Part shown: piece by piece, positions 45,923-55,897 of the stretch | How the letters are laid out: the number at the start of each line of letters is the position of its first letter | Numbering within the stretch: the first letter of the stretch is position 1 | From: a virus | Lineage: Duplodnaviria; Caudoviricetes | Length of the DNA: 64,000 bases | IMG/VR virus record: IMGVR_UViG_3300037478_000646 | Span: 18,906 to 82,905 of that record | Direction: 5' to 3' (one strand) | Notes under the pieces: model-generated | The model's input: only the letters and a program-made list of their open reading frames with translations | The model's database searches: none | What the model was told of the DNA's origin: nothing | Translations under genes and position numbers: made by a program

Positions 45923-46780
45923 TCAGTACACCAAATAAGCCGCTAGTGAGACCGAAGGAGCTGCGGTTGGACCAGATCCCGTCCCGCGAACCTGAAGCTG
46001 CGTGCCAGATGGAATATTCTTGTATCCAAAAGCTGTCCCGAACTTTTGCACTGTTTCAGCCGACCCACCCTGAAACACCAATACTGGTCCTATACGATTA
46101 CCGCCAATGCCGAATTCAATATAATAGCCATGATCGGTAAATACGCCTGACGGCTGACCTTGCGTTGCCCAGACAACTGCCTTTGCATTTCTTGTTATAG
46201 GCGATCCAAAGTTTGTCCAGCTCGAATAACTGCCAGAATTACCTGGCGTATGCGATGTTCCATGGCTATTGGCGGCGTCAATTCCTATCGATTCAACGCC
46301 TTGACCAGCCCACCACATGCCCGGATTGGCGGGCCTGCCATATGCATGAACGGCTACATGTGCAGGCAATGCACTGGCGACAACATCTCTTATTCTTGCG
46401 CCAATGGCGGCTCCGGATGGAATTCGTAAAGGAAAAAGATAATACTGAGCCGCCGACTGTCCTGCCGTATGACGGGAATTCCCGCAAAGAAGATCAGTAA
46501 TTAACGGCGATGTAAGCCAGCTTGTCCCGCCTGACGGATCAATCAGAATATCAAGCAGAGCAGATGATTCACCTGTTGTCCATGGGCGGTTTATTATAAT
46601 CTCAAGTAATTCAACATCATAATCGAACGTCATGAGACTAACATCAGAACCATCCGTGTTTGCTGTTGCACTAGATGTAACAGCTGTTCCCGGAGATGCA
46701 GTTCCTGGTTGCGTTGGCGTGGCCGAAAGATTGTTCGAATACGCCTGCCAATCCGGCCCATCCGGAATAATCAGCCCCAT
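45923..46780 (-). CDS. Putative virion protein
   Basis: Ser/Thr/Gly-rich; AT-richer than flanks. Confidence 0.6.
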   Translation of the reverse strand: MGLIIPDGPDWQAYSNNLSATPTQPGTASPGTAVTSSATANTDGSDVSLMTFDYDVELLEIIINRPWTTGESSALLDILIDPSGGTSWLTSPLITDLLCGNSRHTAGQSAAQYYLFPLRIPSGAAIGARIRDVVASALPAHVAVHAYGRPANPGMWWAGQGVESIGIDAANSHGTSHTPGNSGSYSSWTNFGSPITRNAKAVVWATQGQPSGVFTDHGYYIEFGIGGNRIGPVLVFQGGSAETVQKFGTAFGYKNIPSGTQLQVRGTGSGPTAAPSVSLAAYLVY

Positions 46781-46784
46781 AGAA

Positions 46785-47234
46785 TCAATCCTCCCGGAAT
46801 GAGCTCGCCGTCGTCAGGCGCGGCGTCACATTCTGGGCAAAACTGATGTTCGGCGTCACTGTCCCCTTGTAGAACAACTTGCCGGCCGTTGACCCAGAGG
46901 ACAGCCCGAGAGCAAAATGCGAAATCGTGCCGGTCGACGTCGATGTGTTCTGCGGAAAGGTGATAGCCGATCGCGGCGCGGCCGAGGCGCCGGCCGTACC
47001 GCCTGTTGTCACGGCAAAGCCATCCGTCGAACGCGTCACGGCGATGCGCGTGTAACCAGTATACCCGACTTCATTTGTCCCCTGCGTTCCCGCTTCACCC
47101 GGATCCGCTGAATGCAAGCTTGCCCAGATATCGACGGCCGCTGACGACGATGCATTGTCTGCGATCTGAGAAATCGGCGCTGCGTTCAGCAACAGCCGCA
47201 GCAGATCCTGCTCGTAAGTATTGCCCTTCGACAT
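46785..47234 (-). CDS. Small tail-fibre-family structural protein
   Basis: LHSADPGEAG...EVGYTGYTRIAV...ITFP...GTISHFAL. Confidence 0.65.
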   Translation of the reverse strand: MSKGNTYEQDLLRLLLNAAPISQIADNASSSAAVDIWASLHSADPGEAGTQGTNEVGYTGYTRIAVTRSTDGFAVTTGGTAGASAAPRSAITFPQNTSTSTGTISHFALGLSSGSTAGKLFYKGTVTPNISFAQNVTPRLTTASSFRED

Positions 47235-49258
47235 TATGCCGCGTCCCTTTCACGTTTCTTGCCAGCCACAGCCGAGCGCGCGCCCGTAATCTTGCCGGAC
47301 TTGTCCTTTACCAATTCAATCTCGCGCGGCTGCGTCAGGGCTTCCATGGCTGTAGCCAAACTGGTTTCCATGCGCCGGAACATGCCGCGCAGCTCACGCA
47401 TCTGCTCTTCGGTCATTTCCTGATTCCCCATGTCCATTCCGCCAAGCTGTGACGGATCAAATGGAACGACATTATTGCCGGTCGTCCCACCAGCCGCCGC
47501 CATGTCAATCGGAGACTGTCCTTCCGCCGGAACGGGCTGACCCGCACCACCCGCTTGACCCGCACCGCCAGGCGGCGCAATCATGCCAAGTTCCTGCCCG
47601 GCCTTGCCGACCTGCTCGGCCACGCCCGCCACAGCGCCAACATCCATGACAGTCTTTTCGAGCTGCTGGACCTGCTGACCATGCTCGGCATCGGCCTTGC
47701 GCTGCTCTTCCTGAATCTGCCAGCCCGTCGGAACGCCGATATTGCTGATAGCCTCGGCAGTGGCGCGGTCCAGATCAATCGGCATGCTAGACAGCCCAAG
47801 CTCCCTCGCCTGGCCAATAACGCCGAGGCTTTCCAGAAACCGCTCGACCACAAGGCGCTGCTCGTTTTCCTGAATTGGCGTCTCGAATGTCCAGGTGAAA
47901 TCAACGCCTTCCATCTCGTCAGGCATGTCCATGAAGTCGACCTGCTTCATGTCCACCAGCGTCTCATAGGACAGATCGAGCAGCTTGACATTGTAATCGG
48001 ACTGCATCGGACCAATCAGCGGCAGCAGTGCGCGCGAGTGCTCTTCAAGCCGCCGCGCCGTCTCATAAGCCGTCATCTGCTTGCCGGCTTCCGGCAGCGT
48101 CAGCTTGTCGATAAAGAACGCCCTGGACAGCATCTCGCGCAGATCCTGCCGCATCTCAAAACCAACGCGCATATCCGGATCGAGATTGAGCGGAGCCAGC
48201 ACATCGCTAAGCTTGCCGTCCCCCTCAATATCAACCCAGGAAATCCCGCCCGCCTCGATGCTGGGACCGCCAATCACGGACTCCTGCCGGGCAATGAGCG
48301 GCGGCGAGATGCCCTTCTCGCCGGCTTCAAGGATGATCTGCGAAAGCATCTGCGCCATGCGCGCATCAGGCAGCGCCGTCATGGCGGCCGGCGAGAACGC
48401 ATATTGCGTGCCCATCAGCCGGGCCCAGCGCGGCACCGCATAGTCAAAGCGGCGGATATAATCCGTCTGGATCAACTGCTCATTCGACTTGTCGATGTAG
48501 CAGCGCACGAATTCCAGCTTCTGCCCCTTGGGAAGCTTGCCCTGCTCCGGCGCATCAGACTTGCGCCCAGCCGAGAAGCCCTCATATTCCTCGCGCGGCA
48601 TCGTGATAATCGCGACGTCGAACTCTTCATTGGGCGCTTTCAGAGCCGCCTTGAGCACGCTCTGATGCAGATTGCCACGCGCGCCAAAGCGCTTCTTCAT
48701 CACGCGCGCCGACATCTTGGCACGGCGCTGCAAATGATCGACCTCGCCCAGCTCGTTCTCCAGCCAGACGCAATCCTTGACATGAAAATTCTGAAAGAAC
48801 AGATGATCGCGCGTCTGCGGCGCTTCGCCAACCGAGATTACCGCCTGGCCGGTGATGGCGTAAAACCGGTCCGCCTCGCTGGTCGACGCCTTGAACCTGG
48901 TCTTGGGCTTGTAAACGCCGCGATGCACATCCCGGCGCTGCATTTCAAGAAAACGGCGAACCCGCGGCCTAGCATCGACATCGGCATCACCGGTCGAGGC
49001 GCGGAACCACTGCTTGCCGTCCGGGCGCATATGCGCGCCGATGGCGTTGCTTAAATCGCGCGCCAGGATGATCGGGAATGCATCCATAACATCGGCCGCA
49101 AAGTCATAACCGAGCGGCAACGTCGTCGTGAATTCCGCGAGATCCGGCGCGAACTGCTCGGCCAAGTCCTGATTCAGAGAGTCAAGATTTGCCTTTTTCC
49201 CGAACAGGGATTCATGCAGACCGAGCAGTTCATTCGTCTGCGAGGATTTCGCGGCCAA
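47234..49258 (-). CDS. Portal (head-to-tail connector) protein
   Basis: YAFSPAAMTALPD...PPLI...QMTAYETARRLEE...GP; 674 aa downstream of terL. Confidence 0.9.
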   Translation of the reverse strand: MAAKSSQTNELLGLHESLFGKKANLDSLNQDLAEQFAPDLAEFTTTLPLGYDFAADVMDAFPIILARDLSNAIGAHMRPDGKQWFRASTGDADVDARPRVRRFLEMQRRDVHRGVYKPKTRFKASTSEADRFYAITGQAVISVGEAPQTRDHLFFQNFHVKDCVWLENELGEVDHLQRRAKMSARVMKKRFGARGNLHQSVLKAALKAPNEEFDVAIITMPREEYEGFSAGRKSDAPEQGKLPKGQKLEFVRCYIDKSNEQLIQTDYIRRFDYAVPRWARLMGTQYAFSPAAMTALPDARMAQMLSQIILEAGEKGISPPLIARQESVIGGPSIEAGGISWVDIEGDGKLSDVLAPLNLDPDMRVGFEMRQDLREMLSRAFFIDKLTLPEAGKQMTAYETARRLEEHSRALLPLIGPMQSDYNVKLLDLSYETLVDMKQVDFMDMPDEMEGVDFTWTFETPIQENEQRLVVERFLESLGVIGQARELGLSSMPIDLDRATAEAISNIGVPTGWQIQEEQRKADAEHGQQVQQLEKTVMDVGAVAGVAEQVGKAGQELGMIAPPGGAGQAGGAGQPVPAEGQSPIDMAAAGGTTGNNVVPFDPSQLGGMDMGNQEMTEEQMRELRGMFRRMETSLATAMEALTQPREIELVKDKSGKITGARSAVAGKKRERDAA

Positions 49259-49261
49259 TGA

Positions 49262-49447
49262 TTACGTCCCCAGCGAGCTATCGCCGCCCGTCAAGTCCGT
49301 CGACTGACGGCCCTCGCGCGCCAGCAGTTCCTGACGGCGACGCCGCGCCGCATCGCGTGATGCATCATCCCCCTCCACAGGCATCCGGACCGGATCCTTC
49401 TGTGGAGGCAGCTTCGGTTTCGAGAGTAGGCCACCGGGTGCTATCAT
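49262..49447 (-). CDS. Small basic protein preceding the portal gene
   Basis: PKLPP...RRRQELLAREGRQST.LTG. Confidence 0.6.
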   Translation of the reverse strand: MIAPGGLLSKPKLPPQKDPVRMPVEGDDASRDAARRRRQELLAREGRQSTDLTGGDSSLGT

Positions 49448-49737
49448 GATTCATTCTCCTTTATGATCGGTTCAAGATCGTAAGCTTCTATTTCATAAGG
49501 ATTTTTCCAGTACCCATAGCGGACCAGCCACCACAGATACCGGACCGCGAACAGCCACGGCCCGTCCCGCTCGATCTGCTGGATATGCACGAGCTCATGC
49601 ATCAGCAGCCCCTCATGCCGGCCATATTCCGGCAGCACATAAATCCGTCGCCATGGCAGGGTGATTGCAGCAAAGCCAGACCGGCGCAGCAACCAGGCTG
49701 TTATTCCGCGCGCATCACGAATGATCGGATCAGGCAT
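49444..49737 (-). CDS. Small zincin-motif protein (DUF4157-like)
   Basis: HELVHIQQ...NPYEIEAY. Confidence 0.65.
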   Translation of the reverse strand: MPDPIIRDARGITAWLLRRSGFAAITLPWRRIYVLPEYGRHEGLLMHELVHIQQIERDGPWLFAVRYLWWLVRYGYWKNPYEIEAYDLEPIIKENES

Positions 49738-51334
49738 TGGTCTTCTTGTGCCTGCGCGCCAGCGGCCCGCCGCGCGTCGTGGCGCGGGCTGGAAGACTGC
49801 TAGGGCGGCGCTCGCCCCGGCGCTGCGTCACGCCGCGCATGATGGCTTCCTGCCCCTCGGAGAGCGCCATGATCACGGCGTCCCCCTTGTTGGTAGACCG
49901 GCCCAGCCGCTCCTTGATGTCTTCCTTCTTCTCGATCTGAATGCCCCGCAGGCCGACGGTAAAGGTCGGCGCGGTCAGGTCTGAGCGCAGCTCGGGATCA
50001 TGCGGAAGAGCGACAATCGATCCGCCCGGCTGATCCGGATCCAGCGCCTCACGGAATCGCCACATCGCTTCAGCGCGCTTGTTGGCAAAGCGCAGCGCCC
50101 GGTCGCGCGTACGGCCATAGCCGGCATTCGCACCGTTAAACGACGTGTAGGGAATATCATTGTCCTTGAACCGCTCGATCGTTGCGCCGCCATAGCCGCC
50201 GCCGACGTCGATGACGATTGCCGCATTGTCGCGGCGACGTGCCGAAATGAACGTGAACGATGTAATGCCATCGGCTGCGCCAGGACCTTCCAGCGTTTCG
50301 ACCGGCCCGTACCATGCATCATGGCGCACGGCCAGCGCGGCCGGGTCTGCCCCGCCACCGGATGCATCATAGCCGCACGCCGTCATCGGCACGCCGCGCC
50401 CGCCATCCGGCGTCCAGCGCTGTTCGGCAGCCAGAACCCATTCCAGCGGGATGACCTGATTTTCCTGATCCTGCCGCGCGGCCATGAAATTGCCGTCGCG
50501 CATGGCCGAACGAAGCGGTTCAGGAAAGGCATCCAATTTTGCCTGATAACCCGTGTTGATCAGATATGGATTATCCTTCAATGCAGCAGGAATAAATGTT
50601 CGCGACAACGGAATTACAGGTTGTCCGTTTCGCTCAATCGGTTCCGGCCCATCGACCTCGTAATCCTTGCCGCCATCAACGATGTACCAGCGTAATTCTC
50701 CAGATTTGGCTGGATTCGGATGTGTCACATCTAGCCATGGCCGGAACATGCCAATAATCCAGTCACCGGATGCCGAAATTGGCGGATTGGATGCAAAAAC
50801 TGTTCGGCAGCGCTGACCGGGTTTAGTCGAACGCACCCACCCCATCAGGAACCTGACCTGTGACTCAAGGAATTGAGTTACTTCATCAATAGCCAAAAGA
50901 TCATGGGCCTGACCCTGCCAGCTTTCCTCACTTCCGGGATTGGCTGCTGCACCAAAATTAATCAGCCGATCATCTGCTGTTCGTAATTTTTGCGGAATTG
51001 ATCCATTGAAACCGTTCCGCGTTCCGTTTAATCTTATGGCCTCTTCCAAAATATCATTAAGATCTGTATAGCGGCGGCGCATTATTAAACTGCGATGATG
51101 CGCTGTTAGAGCAAGTCCAAGTAACAGCGAAGTTTTCCCGCCACCTGCTTGACCACCATACAGCATCCAGTCAGCAAGACTGAAATAAGCCTGTGTCTGC
51201 GGACCGATATTTGAAATCCATATCTGATTGCCGATGGCTTCCCTTGCCAGTCCGGACAGCCGGTCATACTCCCCAGGTGGGAGATTGCCGAAGCTCTGAA
51301 TCAGACCGTTGACGATCTCGTCGACCGACGGCAT
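49730..51334 (-). CDS. terL: Terminase large subunit
   Basis: YGGQAGGGKT Walker A; LLAIDEVTQF Walker B; ASNPP; GYDASGGGAD nuclease; NKGDAVIMA. Confidence 0.95.
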   Translation of the reverse strand: MPSVDEIVNGLIQSFGNLPPGEYDRLSGLAREAIGNQIWISNIGPQTQAYFSLADWMLYGGQAGGGKTSLLLGLALTAHHRSLIMRRRYTDLNDILEEAIRLNGTRNGFNGSIPQKLRTADDRLINFGAAANPGSEESWQGQAHDLLAIDEVTQFLESQVRFLMGWVRSTKPGQRCRTVFASNPPISASGDWIIGMFRPWLDVTHPNPAKSGELRWYIVDGGKDYEVDGPEPIERNGQPVIPLSRTFIPAALKDNPYLINTGYQAKLDAFPEPLRSAMRDGNFMAARQDQENQVIPLEWVLAAEQRWTPDGGRGVPMTACGYDASGGGADPAALAVRHDAWYGPVETLEGPGAADGITSFTFISARRRDNAAIVIDVGGGYGGATIERFKDNDIPYTSFNGANAGYGRTRDRALRFANKRAEAMWRFREALDPDQPGGSIVALPHDPELRSDLTAPTFTVGLRGIQIEKKEDIKERLGRSTNKGDAVIMALSEGQEAIMRGVTQRRGERRPSSLPARATTRGGPLARRHKKTNA

Positions 51335-52281
51335 CAGGCCGGCTCGTGCTCCACAAGCCGCTCAACCGGATATTCCGGTGGCCAGACCATATCGGTCGAG
51401 CGCCCGTTGGCACCTGAAGAGGGACGCACCACGACGGCCGAACTGCTCAAGATTTCCTGCGCTGCCGCCGTAACGCGCTCACCGACATCCGTCTGCACAG
51501 GCATCGCTGCCTTCTGCGCACCTTCATCCGGATGCCGGAAACTGGTTTGCGGCTCGAAATCGCGCAGCGACGGATTGGTATAGGCCAGATCGATCGCGGC
51601 CTGCTCGGCAATCCACGTTTTCATCTGGTACTTGTTGTCATCGAGCGCGCCGGCCAGATGATCCATCTCGCGCTGCTTCTGCTGCATGACTGCCGCGGCC
51701 GTATGATAGCGCTGTGTCAGCTCACGATCGCGCGCACGGAGCTTGACGTACATCGGGTTGCATTCGCTGAGACCATAAAGCGGCGGCGGGCGCAGCAGGT
51801 CCGACTCATGCGGCGCAATGACGGCAATGCCGCGCCGGCGTGCTTCATGAATGAAGAATTGACAGCCGCCACGCTGGCCTTCCCATTCCTCCTGCGCCGA
51901 CATATCAACGCCCCAGAACCCGATCGCGTCAGCCTTGCCGACCGTGATCGCCAGAGCCGCCATCCAGGCAAGGCTGGACGTGAAGAACCACGGCCCGAAT
52001 TCGCGCAGCATGTCATCGGCCGGATACATGACGGCGCCCGGAATGTCCGGCTGCACGTCGAACATCTGAACGGGCACGCTCAGCCCCTTCAGAAAATTGA
52101 TATAGTCCGTAGAAAACCAGGGCTCTTTCGGCTCCCACCGATGCAGCTCGAAGAACATGTCGCACCGCTTCAGGTGCGGATACGAGCCAGGCGAGCAAGC
52201 CCAGATTTCCCACGATGAATCATCAAAAGGCGCCATCGCCACTGACGACGGCGCGCTCCCGATCAAAGCGATCTTTTTCAC
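51334..52281 (-). CDS. Sialyltransferase-like glycosyltransferase (GT42 CstII / MptE-Maf fold)
   Basis: MKKIALIGSAPSS resembles the CstII start MKKVIIAGNGPS; AIGFWGVDM resembles IYLxGxD; stop overlaps the terL start. Confidence 0.6.
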   Translation of the reverse strand: MKKIALIGSAPSSVAMAPFDDSSWEIWACSPGSYPHLKRCDMFFELHRWEPKEPWFSTDYINFLKGLSVPVQMFDVQPDIPGAVMYPADDMLREFGPWFFTSSLAWMAALAITVGKADAIGFWGVDMSAQEEWEGQRGGCQFFIHEARRRGIAVIAPHESDLLRPPPLYGLSECNPMYVKLRARDRELTQRYHTAAAVMQQKQREMDHLAGALDDNKYQMKTWIAEQAAIDLAYTNPSLRDFEPQTSFRHPDEGAQKAAMPVQTDVGERVTAAAQEILSSSAVVVRPSSGANGRSTDMVWPPEYPVERLVEHEPA

Positions 52282-52329
52282 GCGTTTTCCATTACGTTAG
52301 AGTTGAAACCAATGCGCTAGAAGTCGAAA

Positions 52330-52776
52330 TCAGGTGGAAGTCGTAAACTCGATAATGTCGGAACCCGTAGTGGCAACCACATGAGTGAGCACAGACACAA
52401 ATGCGGTCGTGATATATTCAAGATCAACAGCCACGCCGCGCGTCGTCAGCGAGCATACACTGTGCGTTGACTGGCCGTTTACCAGGAAGTTGCCCGCCGT
52501 CAGCTTGACATATTGCGGAGCCGCACCCGTCGAAATCGAAATGATGCGCTTCGTGATACCGACCAGATCAGCCGCGGGCGGCGGCAGCTCGAATACGGCC
52601 GATGATGGCGCATTCAGCAGACTTGTGCCGCCAGGATGAAGCGTGCTGGCCGCTGTGAGTGTTTCATGACCGTTACGACGCCCGACCGCGCCGGTCAGGT
52701 TTTCGTAATCGTCCAGGCCGAAGCGCCGCCCGTGAATGGACGTGCGCATGTATTTTGAATGACCGTCGATTGCCAT
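52330..52776 (-). CDS. Hypothetical (possibly virion) protein
   Basis: ATG 52776 behind AAGGA; RTSIHGRRFGLD; beta-rich. Confidence 0.6.
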   Translation of the reverse strand: MAIDGHSKYMRTSIHGRRFGLDDYENLTGAVGRRNGHETLTAASTLHPGGTSLLNAPSSAVFELPPPAADLVGITKRIISISTGAAPQYVKLTAGNFLVNGQSTHSVCSLTTRGVAVDLEYITTAFVSVLTHVVATTGSDIIEFTTST

Positions 52777-53001
52777 TTTAGGTATCCTTATCTGTTGCTG
52801 AATTGCTATGGATAATGGTGCGCGTGCCGAACGGGGATTATCCGGCACGCGCGTTTCACCGCCGCAATCGAAGGGGGCGGACGGAGAACTGGAGATGTCA
52901 GGAAATGGAAATCAAACCGCTTGAGCCAATCAGCGCCGATACGCTGCAACTGCTCAAGACGATCGATGAATCATATAAGGAAGCACTGGTGCTGACCGGA
53001 G

Positions 53002-53754
53002 TCACACAGCTTCATGAAGCCTTACAGGAACGCCTCGCCCGGCCAGATAGCGCGCCGCATCCGTCTGCGTCTGATCAAGAAAGCTCCACATAGCCGAGGC
53101 TGCGACGCCATGCGCGCCAACCTGGAATGCATCATACATGTGATCGTATGTCCCGGCCCCACCACAGGCAATGACGGGTATGCTGACAGATGATGCGACA
53201 CGCTCGATCAGTGCAAGGTCATAGCCCTGCATTGTCCCGTCACGCTCGACACAGTTGAGCAGGATCTCTCCAGCGCCGAGCGCGGCCATAAGCTGCACAT
53301 AAACAAGTGGTCGCGCACCTTCCGCGCCACTGCCGCACCGATCGACAACCCAGCCATTCCGGACATCGATGGAAGCCACGATCGCCTGGCTGCCGAACTT
53401 CTGCGCAGCGCGCTCGATAAAGTACGGATCCTGAAACGCCCGCGTGCAGATCGCCACCTTGTCAGCGCCGTTCTGCAGCGCCAGCCGGATATGCTCCAGC
53501 GTGCGGATGCCGCCGCCGATGCAGATCGGCGTCATGCAGGAGGCTGTCAGATCCGCCAGCAATTCCCAATTCGGCTCACGGGACTTCGGCGTTGCCTCGA
53601 TGTCGAGCAGAAAGATTTCATCGGATTGCCGCCGCTCATGAATCATGACCTGCTGACGGACAAATCCGATGTTGCGATCGGCCTTGAACTGCCTGGCCTT
53701 CACCGCCTGCCAGCCGCGGAACAGGACAACCGGGATGATGCGTTTTTTTAACAC
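53002..53754 (-). CDS. hisF: HisF-like cyclase subunit (WbuZ/HisF2 type associated with sugar amidotransferase)
   Basis: MLKKRIIPVVL...DEIFLLDI...IGGGIRT...GADKV...GAGEILLNCVERDGTMQGYD...IPVIACGGAG. Confidence 0.9.
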   Translation of the reverse strand: MLKKRIIPVVLFRGWQAVKARQFKADRNIGFVRQQVMIHERRQSDEIFLLDIEATPKSREPNWELLADLTASCMTPICIGGGIRTLEHIRLALQNGADKVAICTRAFQDPYFIERAAQKFGSQAIVASIDVRNGWVVDRCGSGAEGARPLVYVQLMAALGAGEILLNCVERDGTMQGYDLALIERVASSVSIPVIACGGAGTYDHMYDAFQVGAHGVAASAMWSFLDQTQTDAARYLAGRGVPVRLHEAV

Positions 53755-54008
53755 TATGCCCGCCCTTGCCGTGCCCGGACTTCAGGCGTATCCGCCATCC
53801 TGCTCACTTCGTCAAACCGAAGTGGTCGACGATAATGTACCGCAATGGCCTGCATACCGAATTGACCTGACATATCTTCAGCAATCCAAGGCTCATCTGT
53901 GCCGACGCCCCTCATGATCCGATCACGAAGCGCCTCAGCCTTTCTCCATTTTGTCGGACTCCAACGGAGCACCGGAACTGGTGAGCCATCAGCATTATGA
54001 TAGACCAA
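53754..54008 (-). CDS. Hypothetical protein
   Basis: Stop overlaps the hisF start. Confidence 0.5.
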   Translation of the reverse strand: MVYHNADGSPVPVLRWSPTKWRKAEALRDRIMRGVGTDEPWIAEDMSGQFGMQAIAVHYRRPLRFDEVSRMADTPEVRARQGRA

Positions 54009-54474
54009 ACTAAGCTGCCAAAGTGGGCGGCCACCAGCATAACGAGATCATTCCATCCCGATATTACATGTCAAACCGGCACTGATCTTTCGTTCTGGAT
54101 ACCAGAAAAACCTTTGATCAATCTGACGTTCCGGATCAAAAACCGGAGCAGCCAGAGCAATCTGAACCTGCTGAATGCTTCTTGAAAACATAATTACATC
54201 CCCAAATAAAACCCGAAGCGGATCCGGACAGGTCACTGCAGCATCAAGGATAACCGCTCTCCGTCCGGTCGCTTCGGGGCGCTGTTCAGGCAGGGCTCTC
54301 ACCTTCACCTGGGCAAGAGTCATGATGACCACTCCCGCAGCTCTCCCGTGGAATTCAAAATGCGGCTCAAGGTGCCTCGCTTCTACTAATGACAGCCCTC
54401 GAAACGGCCAGAGCTCGAGCCTTCCTTAAGAGCCGCCTCGTCCCTGTCATGCGTGCGACGACTCTGACTAACCT

Positions 54475-54547
54475 TGGTTGCGGGCGCCGGTACTGCCCCG
54501 GCCAATGAAGGCTTATGAGACCCTCCTGAGCACTATGCCCGCCCGCG
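54475..54547 (-). tRNA. Degenerate tRNA-Met(CAU)-like element with initiator-type C1.A72
   Basis: Minus strand CGCGGGC...AGGGT-CTCATAA-GCCTT-CATTG-GCCGG-GGCAGTA-CCGGC-GCCCGCA-A-CCA; 73 nt; shortened D arm; non-canonical T loop. Confidence 0.6.
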
Positions 54548-54573
54548 AAATCTCTATGCTGCCTTGACGAAAC

Positions 54574-54915
54574 TCATATCTCTGACGGCATCCTGCTGTT
54601 GTTTTTGATCCATTGCCATATTTTCTGCCCGCCTGGCAATGTGAACCAAATCCAAGCCACAACGCCCCAAATCACCACAAGGCAGCCAAGTGAGATATAG
54701 AAAATCATTTCATATTCATTCACGGACAAAACGATTATAAGGGTGAGCACTACTGAATACACGACAAGATCAACACGAGCATTATCCGCTCCAAGCCTAT
54801 CGAAGCTCTTCTCGGTCTCAACATACCATTGCCACATATCATCACTGCATTCATCACGATAAATAGGCCGTCGTGTCCAGCCAAAGTACATGTCCGGCTT
54901 TCTGTCATTGCTCAT
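54574..54915 (-). CDS. Two-TM membrane protein (AT-rich accessory)
   Basis: Two hydrophobic helices; ATGA-coupled to the upstream gene. Confidence 0.55.
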   Translation of the reverse strand: MSNDRKPDMYFGWTRRPIYRDECSDDMWQWYVETEKSFDRLGADNARVDLVVYSVVLTLIIVLSVNEYEMIFYISLGCLVVIWGVVAWIWFTLPGGQKIWQWIKNNSRMPSEI

Positions 54916-55841
54916 GATAATGATTCCACAAAAGCTTGTGCCGTATTATCGCTGCGAATAAATTCGCGCATGGCCTTGACCACATCACCATCATGAACAA
55001 CCAGCGAAGGCTGACCATCAACACCGGGCGTTCTATACTGAAGCCCTTCAAATACTCGCGTTTCCGCCTCGCGCAACGCAAAATAGGAAGTGAGATATCC
55101 CAGATAACTCTGACTGCTTCTTGCGTCCACATCGTCATCCGAGACCGGCAAATCAAGAAAATACCGCATATTGACCAATGGCGGCAATTCAGGATTCTCA
55201 CGGCGCTGCTTCATGTAATCGATCATCAGCATGCGCGCACCATGTAAATTCTTCTGCTCGACCAGCGTCAGCAACAGCATGAGCCCGGTCCGCACATAAC
55301 CGCGGCCTCGCCTGAACTTCGCCGCATCGTCCCAATATTGACGCATCAGGCCAACACCACTTTGCGTCAGGGCAAAATCCTTACCGGCTCCGCTCGTGAT
55401 CAGCGCTGGTTTCGCTGCCTCGCGCTCGACCAACACATTACCGGCCACAGCAAACCGCTCCACCGTTGTCTCGGCTTTGAACGCTCTGCTTTCCGGACCG
55501 CCCGGCCCGGCATTTTCCATTGCCTTGATCAGCTCCCATGCCGCGGCGCGCAGCACATCGAACTTTTTCGAGATTGTCTGATTGATTTTAATGTAAAAAA
55601 TAAAGCCATAGGAAATCAAGAAAAGAAGTATCAGGCTGATCAATATCCACTTAAATGATGAAAGGTAGTCCCCGACAAGATTGCCAGGATTGGATACTGC
55701 GCTTGGGAAAAGCACAAGGCCATTATTGCCCTGCCTTTCATTCAACAAATTTGCAGTAATACTAATTAATATCACAAGAACAATAGCTTGCAACAAGATC
55801 GATATTAAATAAGATGTTGCGCTGCGTTCCTTCTTCTCCAT
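54912..55841 (-). CDS. Accessory protein with two N-terminal TM helices and a soluble C-terminal domain
   Basis: AT-rich 5' part; AAGGA RBS. Confidence 0.65.
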   Translation of the reverse strand: MEKKERSATSYLISILLQAIVLVILISITANLLNERQGNNGLVLFPSAVSNPGNLVGDYLSSFKWILISLILLFLISYGFIFYIKINQTISKKFDVLRAAAWELIKAMENAGPGGPESRAFKAETTVERFAVAGNVLVEREAAKPALITSGAGKDFALTQSGVGLMRQYWDDAAKFRRGRGYVRTGLMLLLTLVEQKNLHGARMLMIDYMKQRRENPELPPLVNMRYFLDLPVSDDDVDARSSQSYLGYLTSYFALREAETRVFEGLQYRTPGVDGQPSLVVHDGDVVKAMREFIRSDNTAQAFVESLS

Positions 55842-55880
55842 CTGATCGCATCCTTATTCCATCGAGAACACAATCTGATT

Positions 55881-55897
55881 AATTCGTTTTGCGAATA
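55881..55897. promoter_or_regulatory. Operator copy (reverse complement TATTCG-CAAAA-CGAATT) directly after a minus-strand TTGACT
   Basis: Matches the 3544 operator; intergenic. Confidence 0.7.

Noticed and set aside
38443-47234. BPP-1-type diversity-generating retroelement
   Set aside because: Despite BPP-1-like head genes, no reverse transcriptase or TR/VR pair differing at adenines was seen in the window
52817-52852. GCGCGTGCCG/CGGCACGCGC stem-loop upstream of 52776
   Set aside because: A single hairpin with no U-tract or recognisable riboswitch features; function cannot be supported
51334-53093. Small terminase subunit
   Set aside because: No ORF upstream of terL shows a TerS-like HTH/coiled-coil; 52330-52776 is beta-rich and 52803-53093 is on the opposite strand
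53002-53754. Auxiliary histidine biosynthesis gene
   Set aside because: Context with a WbuX-type amidotransferase and no other his genes indicates the sugar-associated HisF paralogue
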